A DNA stretch of 43,760 nucleotides from Bacillota bacterium (GTDB lineage Bacteria; Bacillota; Dehalobacteriia; UBA4068), in contig JAFSHU010000110.1 of the NCBI GenBank assembly GCA_017440145.1, positions 1 to 43,760 on the forward strand, read 5' to 3'. Below the pieces are notes generated by a model, which saw only the letters and a list, made by a program, of their open reading frames with translations, was not told where the DNA came from and ran no database searches. Of this stretch, positions 1-8,774 are shown piece by piece. Position 1 is the first letter of the stretch. Each line of letters starts with the position of its first letter. The position numbers and the translations under genes are program-made.

Positions 1-2
1 GC

Positions 3-314
3 ATCATCAAAGACGGTGAATACACCGACATGAACGCCATCGCTACCCGCGCACAGTTCGCCTCTATCTTCGCAGCAGCTCTGCCCGCAGAAGCTCTGGC
101 TGCGATCAACGCCGTTGAAGATGGCAAGATCCCGGATGTGAAGATGGCAGACAGCTACGGCGCAGCAGTCTACAAGCTGTACAACGCCGGCATCCTGACC
201 GGTAACGATGCAGTTGGCACCTTCGCTCCCATGAGCAACATCAAACGTAGTGAAGTTGCAGCCATCGTCAACCGCATGATGCATGCAGAAAACAGAAAGA
301 CCGTTGCTCTGTAA
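3..314 (+). CDS. S-layer homology (SLH) domain protein, C-terminal fragment (5' end outside window)
   Basis: SLH motifs ATRAQFA and 'LYNAGILTG...FAPMSNIKRSEVAAIVNR'; the frame is open to the window edge. Confidence 0.85.
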   Translation: MIKDGEYTDMNAIATRAQFASIFAAALPAEALAAINAVEDGKIPDVKMADSYGAAVYKLYNAGILTGNDAVGTFAPMSNIKRSEVAAIVNRMMHAENRKTVAL

Positions 315-353
315 TTGAGCAAGGCTTGATCTGAAAGCTCCATAAAATGAGCT

Positions 354-385
354 AAAGGGCACGGACGAAAGTCCGTGCCCTTTTT
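354..385. terminator. Bidirectional intrinsic terminator
   Basis: AAAGGGCACGGAC-GAAA-GTCCGTGCCCTTT then further T residues, between convergent genes. Confidence 0.9.
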
Positions 386-396
386 GCTGCGTTTAT

Positions 397-1482
397 TTAT
401 TCCTGAATAATGAATTTTTCTATTTCATCGCTGGCTGTTGCGAACAGCATGCTTTTGTAGTGCAGCTGAAAATCCAAAACGTCCCCAAGGTGGTAGATAT
501 TTTTGCTATCCTGAATATCTACAATCAAATGGTCGCTGCTGGCTCCCAGAATACGCACGCCGGGATCCATGGGGATCAGCTTGCTTTCATCACCGATATC
601 AGCAACGCCCAAAGCCAGAAGTGCACGTTTTCGGCAGCCGAGATCCTCGTAAAGCGTTTCGCTCCCAAAGGCGTTTCTGGCCTTTTTTCCTATGGGCATG
701 GTGGGCTTTTCGCCGATCTCAATGATTTCGGCCTGGAGAATGAGACCTGTATTGCTCAGCCCTTCCAAAGGGCTTTGCCAGTAATCAATCAAGTCACAGG
801 GCACCGTCAGCGCTTCCCCCAGGCGCAATTGGTTGATTCCTTTTGGCATTCCTCCGTGGATAAGCAGGGGCAGGGAAGAGGTGCTGCCTCCGGAAACCAC
901 CTCCAGCTTACGCCCGATGCGGCTTTCGATCCTAAGCGCATCTTCAGCCAATTCCCCCAGGTTTTCCGGGCCGGGAATGATGGATCCGTAGCAAGTCAGG
1001 TTTGTACCAATTCCCAGCAAATGCAGGTTCGGCAGCTTTTCTGCCTGAAGGGCCAACTGATAGAAGCTTTCTCTGTCCAGCTGCCCCTCTCTCAGGTCCC
1101 CAAGATCCCGCATGAGGATCACCTGGTGTTTGCGTTTCTGCCGGCCGGCTTCTTTATTCAGAGCTTCCAAAACAGCCGGTTCGGAGTTCAGGCTGATATC
1201 CGCAATCTTTACCAGTTCCCCCAGTTCAGAGAGCATAGGAATTCGCAGCATCATGCTTTGGACTTCCGGGAAGAGCTTTTTTGCTTCCACCAGCTGCTTG
1301 AGGCGGGAGCTGCAGAAGCAGCGGTATCCGGCATCGAAAAGCGCCTGCAGGATGACGGGCTGCGCGTTGAAGCCTTTTATGACTGCAACAGGCTCGATGC
1401 CTGCCCGGATACAGGTTTCCCGTAGGATCATAGCATTTTTACGGATTTTTTGTGGATAGATTAATAAACGGGGATATCCCAT
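397..1482 (-). CDS. PLP-dependent alanine/ornithine racemase family enzyme (Orr-like)
   Basis: MGYPRL start with AGAGG RBS; VAVIKGF (PLP Lys), DLGDLREG, NLTCYG, SGGSTSS, GASSDH motifs. Confidence 0.8.
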   Translation of the reverse strand: MGYPRLLIYPQKIRKNAMILRETCIRAGIEPVAVIKGFNAQPVILQALFDAGYRCFCSSRLKQLVEAKKLFPEVQSMMLRIPMLSELGELVKIADISLNSEPAVLEALNKEAGRQKRKHQVILMRDLGDLREGQLDRESFYQLALQAEKLPNLHLLGIGTNLTCYGSIIPGPENLGELAEDALRIESRIGRKLEVVSGGSTSSLPLLIHGGMPKGINQLRLGEALTVPCDLIDYWQSPLEGLSNTGLILQAEIIEIGEKPTMPIGKKARNAFGSETLYEDLGCRKRALLALGVADIGDESKLIPMDPGVRILGASSDHLIVDIQDSKNIYHLGDVLDFQLHYKSMLFATASDEIEKFIIQE

Positions 1483-1806
1483 GCGGTACCTCTTTCCTGG
1501 AATTCCAGCATTACTTTCTTGATGAAAATTTATGCTAGGAAATGAAAATTTTTTATTGCAGCCTAAGATTTCCACATAGAACGCAGGATTCCTCTTCGGT
1601 GAGAATCCTCTTTCCAATGAATCCATTTTTTATTTAAAGCTTCCGGTTCAGGCCATATTCTAAAATAGAAACCGCTTCCTTTTTAATTTTGTACAGGAAC
1701 AGTCTAAAAGAAGCGAAGAAAGGCGAAAAACCCTGGGATTTATTGGCTTCTGCCGGGTTTAGCTGGATTTTCACGAAAGATTCAGGGCAAAAGCCCAGCA
1801 TTCTGC

Positions 1807-1835
1807 TTGACTTTTCCTCGTTTTCATGGTAAATT
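1807..1835 (+). promoter_or_regulatory. sigma-A promoter for tRNA-Gly
   Basis: TTGACT-N17-TAAATT with TGn extended -10, 10 nt upstream of the tRNA. Confidence 0.65.
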
Positions 1836-1845
1836 ACTTACTGAT

Positions 1846-1919
1846 GCGGGTGTAGCTCAATGGCAGAGCGTCGGCTTCCCAAGCCGATAACGTGGGTTCG
1901 ATTCCCATCACCCGCTCCA
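1846..1919 (+). tRNA. tRNA-Gly (anticodon CCC)
   Basis: 74-nt cloverleaf: acceptor GCGGGTG/CACCCGC, anticodon arm TCGGC-TTCCCAA-GCCGA, T-loop GGTTCGATTCC, encoded CCA end. Confidence 0.97.
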
Positions 1920-1974
1920 TTTTATTTTATCTGCTCTGCGAGCACTGGCGGCAGGGTCGACCCCTAAGAAAGGT

Positions 1975-3312
1975 ATGATCAAATTGGTGCAAAATCGACA
2001 TGTACATGAAGCTACATATATCAAAGCACAAAAAAACAAGGAAAAAGCCCATTCTAAGCGTACGCAGCGCATCGTTTCTTCAGTAGTTGTTTTGCTCTGC
2101 TTCGCTTTTTTGGTCATTGGCGGCTTTAACGTGATTTCCGCCACTTCCAATGCCTACGTTTTGGTTGTGGATGGGGAGGAGGTTGCCACTTTAGTCAGTT
2201 GGAATGAGGCTGAAGCTGCAATCACCCAGTGTATGGAGAATCAGTCCCTGGCTTTTTTGGACGAGTATTCTTACGATGTCTCCTATACAAATGATTTGGT
2301 CATTGAAACCATCCCTGCGATCAACGTGGTTTATAACGATGTGGCAGAAGCTGCTGTAATTTTAGGTGATAAGCTTCATTTACAGGCAAATGCTACAGCC
2401 GTGATGATTAATGACCAGAAGGCTTTCTGTGTTGCAAATGAAACGGCGGCTTTGGAAGCAGTTAAAAATGCCAAAAATTATTATGCGGATCCCACGGATC
2501 CGGCTGTATCTTCTGTTTATACCACAGAAAAAATTACACTTACCGGTGTAACGGTGGAGTGCTCTTCCGTATTATCCCTGAACCAGGCCACCAATATGCT
2601 GCTGTTTGGCCAAACGGAGAAGCCGGAGGATCCGAAAGTCGCAGATACCCTGATCACGGTCAATGTAGAGCGTTATGAGGTAGAGACGATTCCTTTGCCT
2701 TATAAAACCATTCGCAACGAAAACAATACTTTGGCGCGCGGTACGGAAGAAATCACTTCTGTCGGCGTGGACGGTCTTCAGGAAGTCACGAATAAGATCA
2801 CCGAGGTGAATGGTGTTCCCCATTCGAATGTTTTCGTCAGCAGTGTTGTGATCGAAGAGGCTGTGGATGAGATTATTGAGGTGGGGACCTATATCACCTA
2901 CGCCAGCCGCGGGCAGAATGGCAGTGGTGAGTATGGCTGGCCCCTTGCAGAAGGAACCGGAACCATTAGCTCCCGCTTTGGTTGGCGATCCATGGGCTGG
3001 CACAGTGGTGTTGATATTGCGGATCCTGTAGGAACAGTGCTTTATGCTGCTGAGGCTGGCACGGTTATTTATGCAGATTATATCAGCGGCGGTTATGGCA
3101 ACCTGGTTACGATTGACCATGGGGACGGTGTGGAAACCCGCTACGCGCATTGTGATGAGTTCCTCGTCGAAGAAGGCGATTATGTGGAGCGTGGTACAGC
3201 CATTGGCACGATTGGCATGACTGGGCGTACCACCGGTCCGCATGTGCATTTTGAGATTCGTTTTGATGATAACCCGGTTGATCCTTTGCTTTACTTAGAC
3301 TATGGTGAGTAA
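1975..3312 (+). CDS. Membrane-anchored M23 family peptidoglycan DD-endopeptidase with G5 domain
   Basis: N-terminal TM segment; G5-like segment 'ETIPLPYKTIRNENN...GVDG...EIIEVGT'; HSGVD, YAH and TTGPHVHFE zinc motifs. Confidence 0.9.
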   Translation: MIKLVQNRHVHEATYIKAQKNKEKAHSKRTQRIVSSVVVLLCFAFLVIGGFNVISATSNAYVLVVDGEEVATLVSWNEAEAAITQCMENQSLAFLDEYSYDVSYTNDLVIETIPAINVVYNDVAEAAVILGDKLHLQANATAVMINDQKAFCVANETAALEAVKNAKNYYADPTDPAVSSVYTTEKITLTGVTVECSSVLSLNQATNMLLFGQTEKPEDPKVADTLITVNVERYEVETIPLPYKTIRNENNTLARGTEEITSVGVDGLQEVTNKITEVNGVPHSNVFVSSVVIEEAVDEIIEVGTYITYASRGQNGSGEYGWPLAEGTGTISSRFGWRSMGWHSGVDIADPVGTVLYAAEAGTVIYADYISGGYGNLVTIDHGDGVETRYAHCDEFLVEEGDYVERGTAIGTIGMTGRTTGPHVHFEIRFDDNPVDPLLYLDYGE

Positions 3313-3328
3313 AGTTAACCCGATATTG

Positions 3329-3359
3329 ACCCCGCTCTGTTTTATGAGCGGGGTTTTTT
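3329..3359 (+). terminator. Intrinsic terminator
   Basis: ACCCCGCTC-loop-GAGCGGGGT followed by a T-run. Confidence 0.85.
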
Positions 3360-3370
3360 ATGGCCTTTTC

Positions 3371-3399
3371 TTGCTCTGCCTAAATGTCTGTGCTAGAAT
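3371..3399 (+). promoter_or_regulatory. sigma-A promoter
   Basis: TTGCTC-N17-TAGAAT with TGn extension. Confidence 0.55.
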
Positions 3400-3435
3400 A
3401 AGTGGGGTTTTGATTACGATTCAGGATGGACTTCT

Positions 3436-4212
3436 ATGAGATTTGCTTCAATTTGTTCCGGCAGCTCCGGGAACTGCATTTACGTTAATGGTGGTAAAAC
3501 GCATATTTTGGTTGATGGCGGCTGCTCTTTGAAGGCCTTAAATGCTGCTTTGGCTCAGTTTTCAGTAACAGAAGGCGGGCTGAAAGCGATTCTGATTACT
3601 CATGAGCACAGCGATCATGTGAATGGCGCAGCCCGAATCGCCAAACGCTTTGGGATTCCGATCTTTGCCAGTGCCCTGACTTGGGAAAAACTGCCTTTTC
3701 GGGAGGACTTTTTGCCTTGGCAGCGGCATACCTTTGAATATGGCATGGAAATCGGCGATCTGGGGCTGGATTTCTTTCGCCTTTCTCATGATGCGGTGCA
3801 GCCCGTAGGCGTTTTATTTGAACATAATGGAAAACGGGTGGCTGTAGCAACGGACACCGGCCTTGTTACCCCCTCTATGTGTAAAATGCTTAGCAATATT
3901 GAGGGTCTTGTTTTTGAGGCAAACCACTGCACGGATTTGCTGCGCTGCGGGCCCTACCCTTATTATTTGAAGCAGCGGATTCTTTCTGCTCATGGGCATT
4001 TATCCAACATACAGTCCGGTATGGCTCTGGCCAGTCTGATAGGAGAACGAACGCAGGCTGTTTTGCTGGCCCACCTGTCTCACATAAACAATCGCCCGGA
4101 GCTGGCCATGGAGCAGGTTTGTAGCCAGCTTTGCGATTGCCCCCACATGGAGCATGTGCAAATATCCGTAGCGCCCAGAAGTACCCCGCACCCCCTGATT
4201 GAAATCTATTGA
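3436..4212 (+). CDS. walJ: MBL-fold metallo-hydrolase (YycJ/WalJ-like exonuclease)
   Basis: SGSSGN, THEHSDH, SHDA, TDTG, EANH, GHLSN, HLS motifs; followed by an htrA-like gene as in Bacillus. Confidence 0.8.
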   Translation: MRFASICSGSSGNCIYVNGGKTHILVDGGCSLKALNAALAQFSVTEGGLKAILITHEHSDHVNGAARIAKRFGIPIFASALTWEKLPFREDFLPWQRHTFEYGMEIGDLGLDFFRLSHDAVQPVGVLFEHNGKRVAVATDTGLVTPSMCKMLSNIEGLVFEANHCTDLLRCGPYPYYLKQRILSAHGHLSNIQSGMALASLIGERTQAVLLAHLSHINNRPELAMEQVCSQLCDCPHMEHVQISVAPRSTPHPLIEIY

Positions 4213-4232
4213 TCCGGAACAGAGGTGTTATC

Positions 4233-5027
4233 GTGAAAAAAAGAAAAGCATTTACGAAAGCGAAAACTATATTTTTTTCAAAAAAGCTGCTGTATTCGAC
4301 AGCGGCTTTTTTCGTAGTCTTCGGACTTGCCCTCTCCGGGGGGATAGCGGAAATCAGAGCAGAGCTGTCAGCCAGAGAAAGCAAAAATGAACAGGCTTTT
4401 TCTTTTATTCAGGATGTCTTTTCTCAGGCCTCGCCGGCTGTTGCTTATATCAGCTGTGCCAGCCTGCAGAAGGATGAGACCCAGAAAGAAGTTTTGACCC
4501 TGGGCAGTGGTTCCGGCGTAATTATATCGGAGGATGGTTATATTGTTACGAATTATCATGTGATCGCAAATGCCCTGGAAGTAGAGGTGATTTTGGCGGA
4601 TGGCAGGCGCGCAGATGCCGCCATTATAGCAGAAGCTCCTATGGATGATTTGGCTTTGCTGAAAATTGAGCTTGAGGCACTTTCTGTGGCAGTGTTGGGC
4701 GATAGTGAGGAGGTTCGGGTGGGGCAGCTTGTTTTTCCCATTGGGAATCCGGGGGGCGCTCAGTTTTCCCGCTCCATGACAATGGGGGTCATCTCCGGCG
4801 TGGATCGGGAGGTGGAATTGAGCGCAGGGCGCCTGGCGCATCTGCTTCAGACCGATGCCGCCATCAATCCGGGGAACAGCGGCGGGCCTTTGGTGGATTG
4901 CTCCGGATGTGTGATTGGGATCAACAGCATTAAAATTGTGGATCCGGAATTCGAAAGCATGGGCTTCGCTATACCGATCAACCGGGTGGTTGAAATTTTG
5001 CAGCCTATGTGTCCGGCTGCCTTTTGA
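4233..5027 (+). CDS. HtrA/S1C-like serine protease lacking a PDZ domain
   Basis: GSGSGVI, TNYHV, DLA, QTDAAINPGNSGGPL; ends right after GFAIP; GTG start with AGAGGTG RBS. Confidence 0.85.
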   Translation: MKKRKAFTKAKTIFFSKKLLYSTAAFFVVFGLALSGGIAEIRAELSARESKNEQAFSFIQDVFSQASPAVAYISCASLQKDETQKEVLTLGSGSGVIISEDGYIVTNYHVIANALEVEVILADGRRADAAIIAEAPMDDLALLKIELEALSVAVLGDSEEVRVGQLVFPIGNPGGAQFSRSMTMGVISGVDREVELSAGRLAHLLQTDAAINPGNSGGPLVDCSGCVIGINSIKIVDPEFESMGFAIPINRVVEILQPMCPAAF

Positions 5028-5093
5028 TTTTGGAAAAAAGCCAAAGCGGGATGCAGGAAAGAGATATATTATGAAGAAATTAGAAATGTTTGG

Positions 5094-5924
5094 TTGAAAA
5101 TGAGAAGGAAATACGGAACGATGAGCCGTTTATTTCGATTATTTTTATATGCATCCCTGGCCATTCTGCTTTGGTTGGCGGATTCTCTGATTATGAGTTT
5201 TCTGGGGCAGACTGCCTTTCCGGAGGCTCTGTGGAGCTCTGTCCCGCCGAATCGGCTTCTCTTTCGTTTGCTGGGCTGCAGCGCTGTTTTGTTGTGCGGC
5301 TTCATGCATGCGATTCGCGGGGAGTTGATCAACCGGCATTATCGCCGCCTGTCTCCCAGTTATCAGCTGCTGCTTTTTGGCGATCGAAACAGCCCTCGGT
5401 CAGCTGTTCGCATGCATTATCATTGCTTGCGGCTTGCTGCCGTGATGCATGTTCGCCCGGCTGACCAGGAGTGCCTGCGCTTGCTGTGCTATTGCCATGA
5501 TATTGGCTTGGTGGGTGTTCCGGATGCGGTGTTGAATAAAACAGAGCCCCTGACACGGGAGGAACAGAATCTTTTGGATACCCATATTGCGCTGGGGGCG
5601 AAGATTGCTTCTAATATTCCGCAGCTGCGCCGGGTGGCCCCGCTGATTCTGGCGCATGAGGAAAATTACGATGGAAGCGGCGCCCGGGCTATGTACGGGA
5701 GAAGCATTCCTTTGACCTGCCGTATTTTTAAGCTGGTGCAGATGTATGATTATTTTACGCACCCCCATGATGGTGGGCGTGTTTTGGATGAGCGGGAGGC
5801 TCTGGATGAATTAAGCTTCTACTGCGGGCATGTTCTGGATCCGGATGTGATGGATGCCTTCCGGCGTTTGATGACCGACCACCGTTTGGCAAACACGGTT
5901 ACGCAGTATATTTTTTCTTCCTGA
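5094..5924 (+). CDS. Membrane-anchored, degenerate HD-GYP domain protein
   Basis: Two N-terminal hydrophobic helices; HDIG...PDAVLNK..PLT.EE, DGSG, IP...RI, LDP; start uncertain (5094, 5100 or 5121). Confidence 0.75.
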   Translation: MKMRRKYGTMSRLFRLFLYASLAILLWLADSLIMSFLGQTAFPEALWSSVPPNRLLFRLLGCSAVLLCGFMHAIRGELINRHYRRLSPSYQLLLFGDRNSPRSAVRMHYHCLRLAAVMHVRPADQECLRLLCYCHDIGLVGVPDAVLNKTEPLTREEQNLLDTHIALGAKIASNIPQLRRVAPLILAHEENYDGSGARAMYGRSIPLTCRIFKLVQMYDYFTHPHDGGRVLDEREALDELSFYCGHVLDPDVMDAFRRLMTDHRLANTVTQYIFSS

Positions 5925-5944
5925 AATCAAAACGATGCGCAAAA

Positions 5945-5990
5945 AAAGCCATCAGTTCGTGGCAATGGGCCCATACTGATGGCTTTCTCT
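5945..5990. terminator. Bidirectional terminator
   Basis: AAAGCCATCAGT...ACTGATGGCTTT 12-bp stem between convergent genes, flanked by A-rich and T-rich runs. Confidence 0.75.
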
Positions 5991-6016
5991 TTTGGATTTT
6001 GTTCACGTGGGGCATT

Positions 6017-6445
6017 TTATATGTCCCGATGAACGATGCTGTCCTTTTCCAGCTCATGAAGAATGCTTTCTATGTCCTCCCGGGCGTTTTCCGGAGCCTG
6101 CATAATATAGAGCTCAGTGCCGTAATGGCTGCTTTCCATTGTATCACCAAATTGTATTGTAAAGAATGGCGTCATTTTGTTATAGATTTCCCTATCCTGC
6201 GGCTTGGGCAGATCGCAGAGAAAAGAGAGGAACTCCGGGCTGATCCGACCCTGAAAGACTGTGCCATGCTTCCAATCGAAGTCGATTTTTGAGGCAAAAG
6301 AAGAGAGCAACTCCATTTCTGCCAGCTCATCTGACCAGCAATGCACCTGAAACATGTCTCCGATTTTTGCGCAGAGTCGAACCAAATCCCGCCACCAGGT
6401 ATTTGTAGGCTGCCGATTATTTATAAGAATGTGGTAAGAAAACAA
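6017..6445 (-). CDS. Hypothetical protein (~142 aa)
   Basis: Fills the gap between the terminator and a divergent promoter; TTG start after AAGGTG; globular composition with HCW and HYGTE segments. Confidence 0.65.
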   Translation of the reverse strand: MFSYHILINNRQPTNTWWRDLVRLCAKIGDMFQVHCWSDELAEMELLSSFASKIDFDWKHGTVFQGRISPEFLSFLCDLPKPQDREIYNKMTPFFTIQFGDTMESSHYGTELYIMQAPENAREDIESILHELEKDSIVHRDI

Positions 6446-6489
6446 TCTCAAACACCTTCTTTCCAAAAAGGCCCCCTTGCCTGCTCGCG

Positions 6490-6518
6490 TTGACAGGGGA
6501 GATAGAAAATAATATAAT
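6490..6518 (+). promoter_or_regulatory. Consensus sigma-A promoter for yfbR
   Basis: Perfect TTGACA-N17-TATAAT. Confidence 0.85.
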
Positions 6519-6546
6519 TAAAGGTAAGTTTGTATTGGAGGAGCAC

Positions 6547-7125
6547 ATGTATAATTTTTTTGCTTATCTTTCCCGGATGAAATTGATTCGCCGCTGGAGC
6601 CTGATGCGCAGTGTGCAGCCGGAAAACATACAGGAACATAGTCACCAGGTGGCTGTAATCGCTCATGCCCTGGCTGAAATAGATAATTTGCGTTTTGGTG
6701 CCAGTCATAATTGCGGAGAAGTGGTTTTGCTGGCTCTTTACCATGACGTAGGAGAGGTCATCATCGGGGATCTGCCGACACCGGTCAAATATTTTAACCC
6801 GGAAATCAAAGGCAGTTATGGAAAAATCGAGAACATTGCCAAAGAGAAATTGCTCTCCATGCTGCCTGCTGATTTGCGAGCTGTTTATCGGCCATATGTT
6901 TCTGCCGACGAGATGCAGCCTGAGTACCGTTTGGTAAAAGCGGCGGATAAGCTCTCCGCTTACCTGAAGTGCCTGGAGGAGCTAACGGTTGGCAATGGAG
7001 AGTTTCGCTTGGCTGAAAAGACCATTGCAGAGGATTTGAAGCAGTATATGGACATGCCGGCTGTTTGCTGGTTTTGGGAAGAATGCGTTCCCGCTTTCCG
7101 TCAAACCCTGGATGAATTGGGTTAA
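6547..7125 (+). CDS. yfbR: 5'-deoxynucleotidase (HD superfamily)
   Basis: SRMKLIRRWSLM, ENIQEHS, YHD..E...GDLPTPVKY, KAADKL; GGAGGAG RBS. Confidence 0.92.
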   Translation: MYNFFAYLSRMKLIRRWSLMRSVQPENIQEHSHQVAVIAHALAEIDNLRFGASHNCGEVVLLALYHDVGEVIIGDLPTPVKYFNPEIKGSYGKIENIAKEKLLSMLPADLRAVYRPYVSADEMQPEYRLVKAADKLSAYLKCLEELTVGNGEFRLAEKTIAEDLKQYMDMPAVCWFWEECVPAFRQTLDELG

Positions 7126-7790
7126 AGCAGATATTTCCCAATCAGATACAGTGCAGGAATATGCAGGCAATAGAAGATATAGAAAGACCATTTGTTCCCG
7201 CGTCCTTTTTGCTGATTGTACATGAAGAGCAGAGGAATGGACAGCAGGCAATAGGCTTGGATCCACATGGGCCAGTGGGTGTAAACGTAAAGCCCGGTCA
7301 GCAGCAGCCAGGATAAGATCAGACCGCTGGGCTGCTGGAAAAAAAGATAAGCAGCAAGGATCAAAGCTACTCCGTAGGCGCCGTAATCGATCGGCAAAAG
7401 CTCTGCCAGCGCAAGAAGAACAAAGCTTGGCAGAATGGCCAGGATTCTGCTGGAAAAACGCTTCAGCAGCACCTGGTATACATATATTCCGGAAGCGCCC
7501 AAAAACAGAGTGGCAAAAATATTGATGTGATTCCCCATGCAAAGCTGATAAACAGGCTGATAGCAAAGCGCAAAAATCAGCAGCCGCAGAAGATAAAGGC
7601 CAATATTGCGGCTGTGATAACAGGCGTTTGCCGTCATAAAAGCAAAAATCGGGAAGGCCAGGCGGCCGATCCCGCGCAGAAGCATATTCTGGGGAAAAAG
7701 CAGCACGCCGATATGATCCACCAGCATGAAAATGCAGGCCATCCATTTTAGCTGTGTTGCTGTCAGGGAAAGAATGCTTTTGTTTTTCAT
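7122..7790 (-). CDS. TraX family membrane (acyltransferase-like) protein
   Basis: LKWMACIFMLVDHIG, GRLAFPIFAF, NIFATL, DYG, MYNQQKG, FYIFY..H; GGAGG RBS. Confidence 0.85.
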   Translation of the reverse strand: MKNKSILSLTATQLKWMACIFMLVDHIGVLLFPQNMLLRGIGRLAFPIFAFMTANACYHSRNIGLYLLRLLIFALCYQPVYQLCMGNHINIFATLFLGASGIYVYQVLLKRFSSRILAILPSFVLLALAELLPIDYGAYGVALILAAYLFFQQPSGLILSWLLLTGLYVYTHWPMWIQAYCLLSIPLLFMYNQQKGRGNKWSFYIFYCLHIPALYLIGKYLL

Positions 7791-7814
7791 AGTACCTCCG
7801 AAGGAGAGATTTTT

Positions 7815-8774
7815 ATGCCAAAGCTGCATAGCAAAAAGTATTATTTGTTTTTGGTTATTTTGGTGGCGATTTTTTGGGGGAGCGCTTACCCGATCGTTCG
7901 TTATTTGGTGGCTGGTGGTGTAGATCCTTACTTGGTTGTCAGCATGCGGATTTGGCTGACTTTTTTGTTTTCCGCTGCTTTATTACTATTTTCGCGGCAG
8001 GGCCTGCATTTTCCCCTGTACCGGAAAAATTTTCTGCCCTTTTTTCTCATGAGCCTGACAGGAACCATCGGTTTTTCTTTCTTTATGACTTATGGTCTGG
8101 AATTCTCCACTGCCACAAAATCTTCCATTGTGATTGGCAGCAATCCGATATTGGTCGTGCTTTTTGCGCATCTTTTTCTTCGGGAATCTTTGGGGCTGCG
8201 GAAAGTCCTTGGGGTCTGCGTTGCCATTGCCGGGGTGTTTTTGGCAGTTGGCGGAGGGGATTTTCTTTCCGGGCGTGGGCTGCAGTTTACCCGCTATGAC
8301 CTGATTTTGCTTGCCGGTGCGATATTCTGGGCGGCTCATACCTTACTGAGCCGACATTATGGACATGCTCTGCCTTATCAGGAAGGGCTGTTCTGGATTT
8401 TTGGCCTGGGGGCTATCCTGGCCCTGCCTCTTCTGATCCCACGCGTGCATTTATTGGCGGAGCTCAGCGCGCAGCAGTGGTTCTGGCTACTGTTTTGCGG
8501 GGTCGTCCCCGGTGGGATCTGCTATTTCCTCTGGAACCGTTGCCTTAGTGTATTGGGTGCCTCAACCTGCAGCATTTGTGCCAGCTTTATGCCGGCTTCC
8601 TCCGGGATTCTGGCGGTTCTTTTCCTGGGGGAACCACTGCTTTGGACGCAGGTTGCCGGAACGCTGCTGGTGATCTTTGGTGTGCTTTTGGGTGTGATCC
8701 GCAGTCAATTACCGGTAAATTATGAAACGGGACGCAGTCTTTCTGCGGAGGAAGCAAGGCAGGAGGAAAAATGA
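7815..8774 (+). CDS. DMT/EamA family transporter
   Basis: About 10 TM helices, FWG, two EamA repeats (LFLRE / LFLGE). Confidence 0.9.
   Translation: MPKLHSKKYYLFLVILVAIFWGSAYPIVRYLVAGGVDPYLVVSMRIWLTFLFSAALLLFSRQGLHFPLYRKNFLPFFLMSLTGTIGFSFFMTYGLEFSTATKSSIVIGSNPILVVLFAHLFLRESLGLRKVLGVCVAIAGVFLAVGGGDFLSGRGLQFTRYDLILLAGAIFWAAHTLLSRHYGHALPYQEGLFWIFGLGAILALPLLIPRVHLLAELSAQQWFWLLFCGVVPGGICYFLWNRCLSVLGASTCSICASFMPASSGILAVLFLGEPLLWTQVAGTLLVIFGVLLGVIRSQLPVNYETGRSLSAEEARQEEK

Noticed and set aside
1483-1800. Riboswitch upstream of the racemase (hairpins such as AGGATTC...GAATCCT)
   Set aside because: No recognisable lysine, T-box or c-di-GMP consensus and no clear expression-platform terminator; an Rfam scan would settle it.
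1846-1975. tRNA-Gly as a prophage/ICE integration site
   Set aside because: No integrase, no duplicated tRNA 3' end noticed, and housekeeping genes on both sides.
7122-7790. TraX as evidence of a conjugative element
   Set aside because: No other tra/relaxase/T4SS genes; TraX-family membrane proteins are commonly chromosomal in Bacillota.
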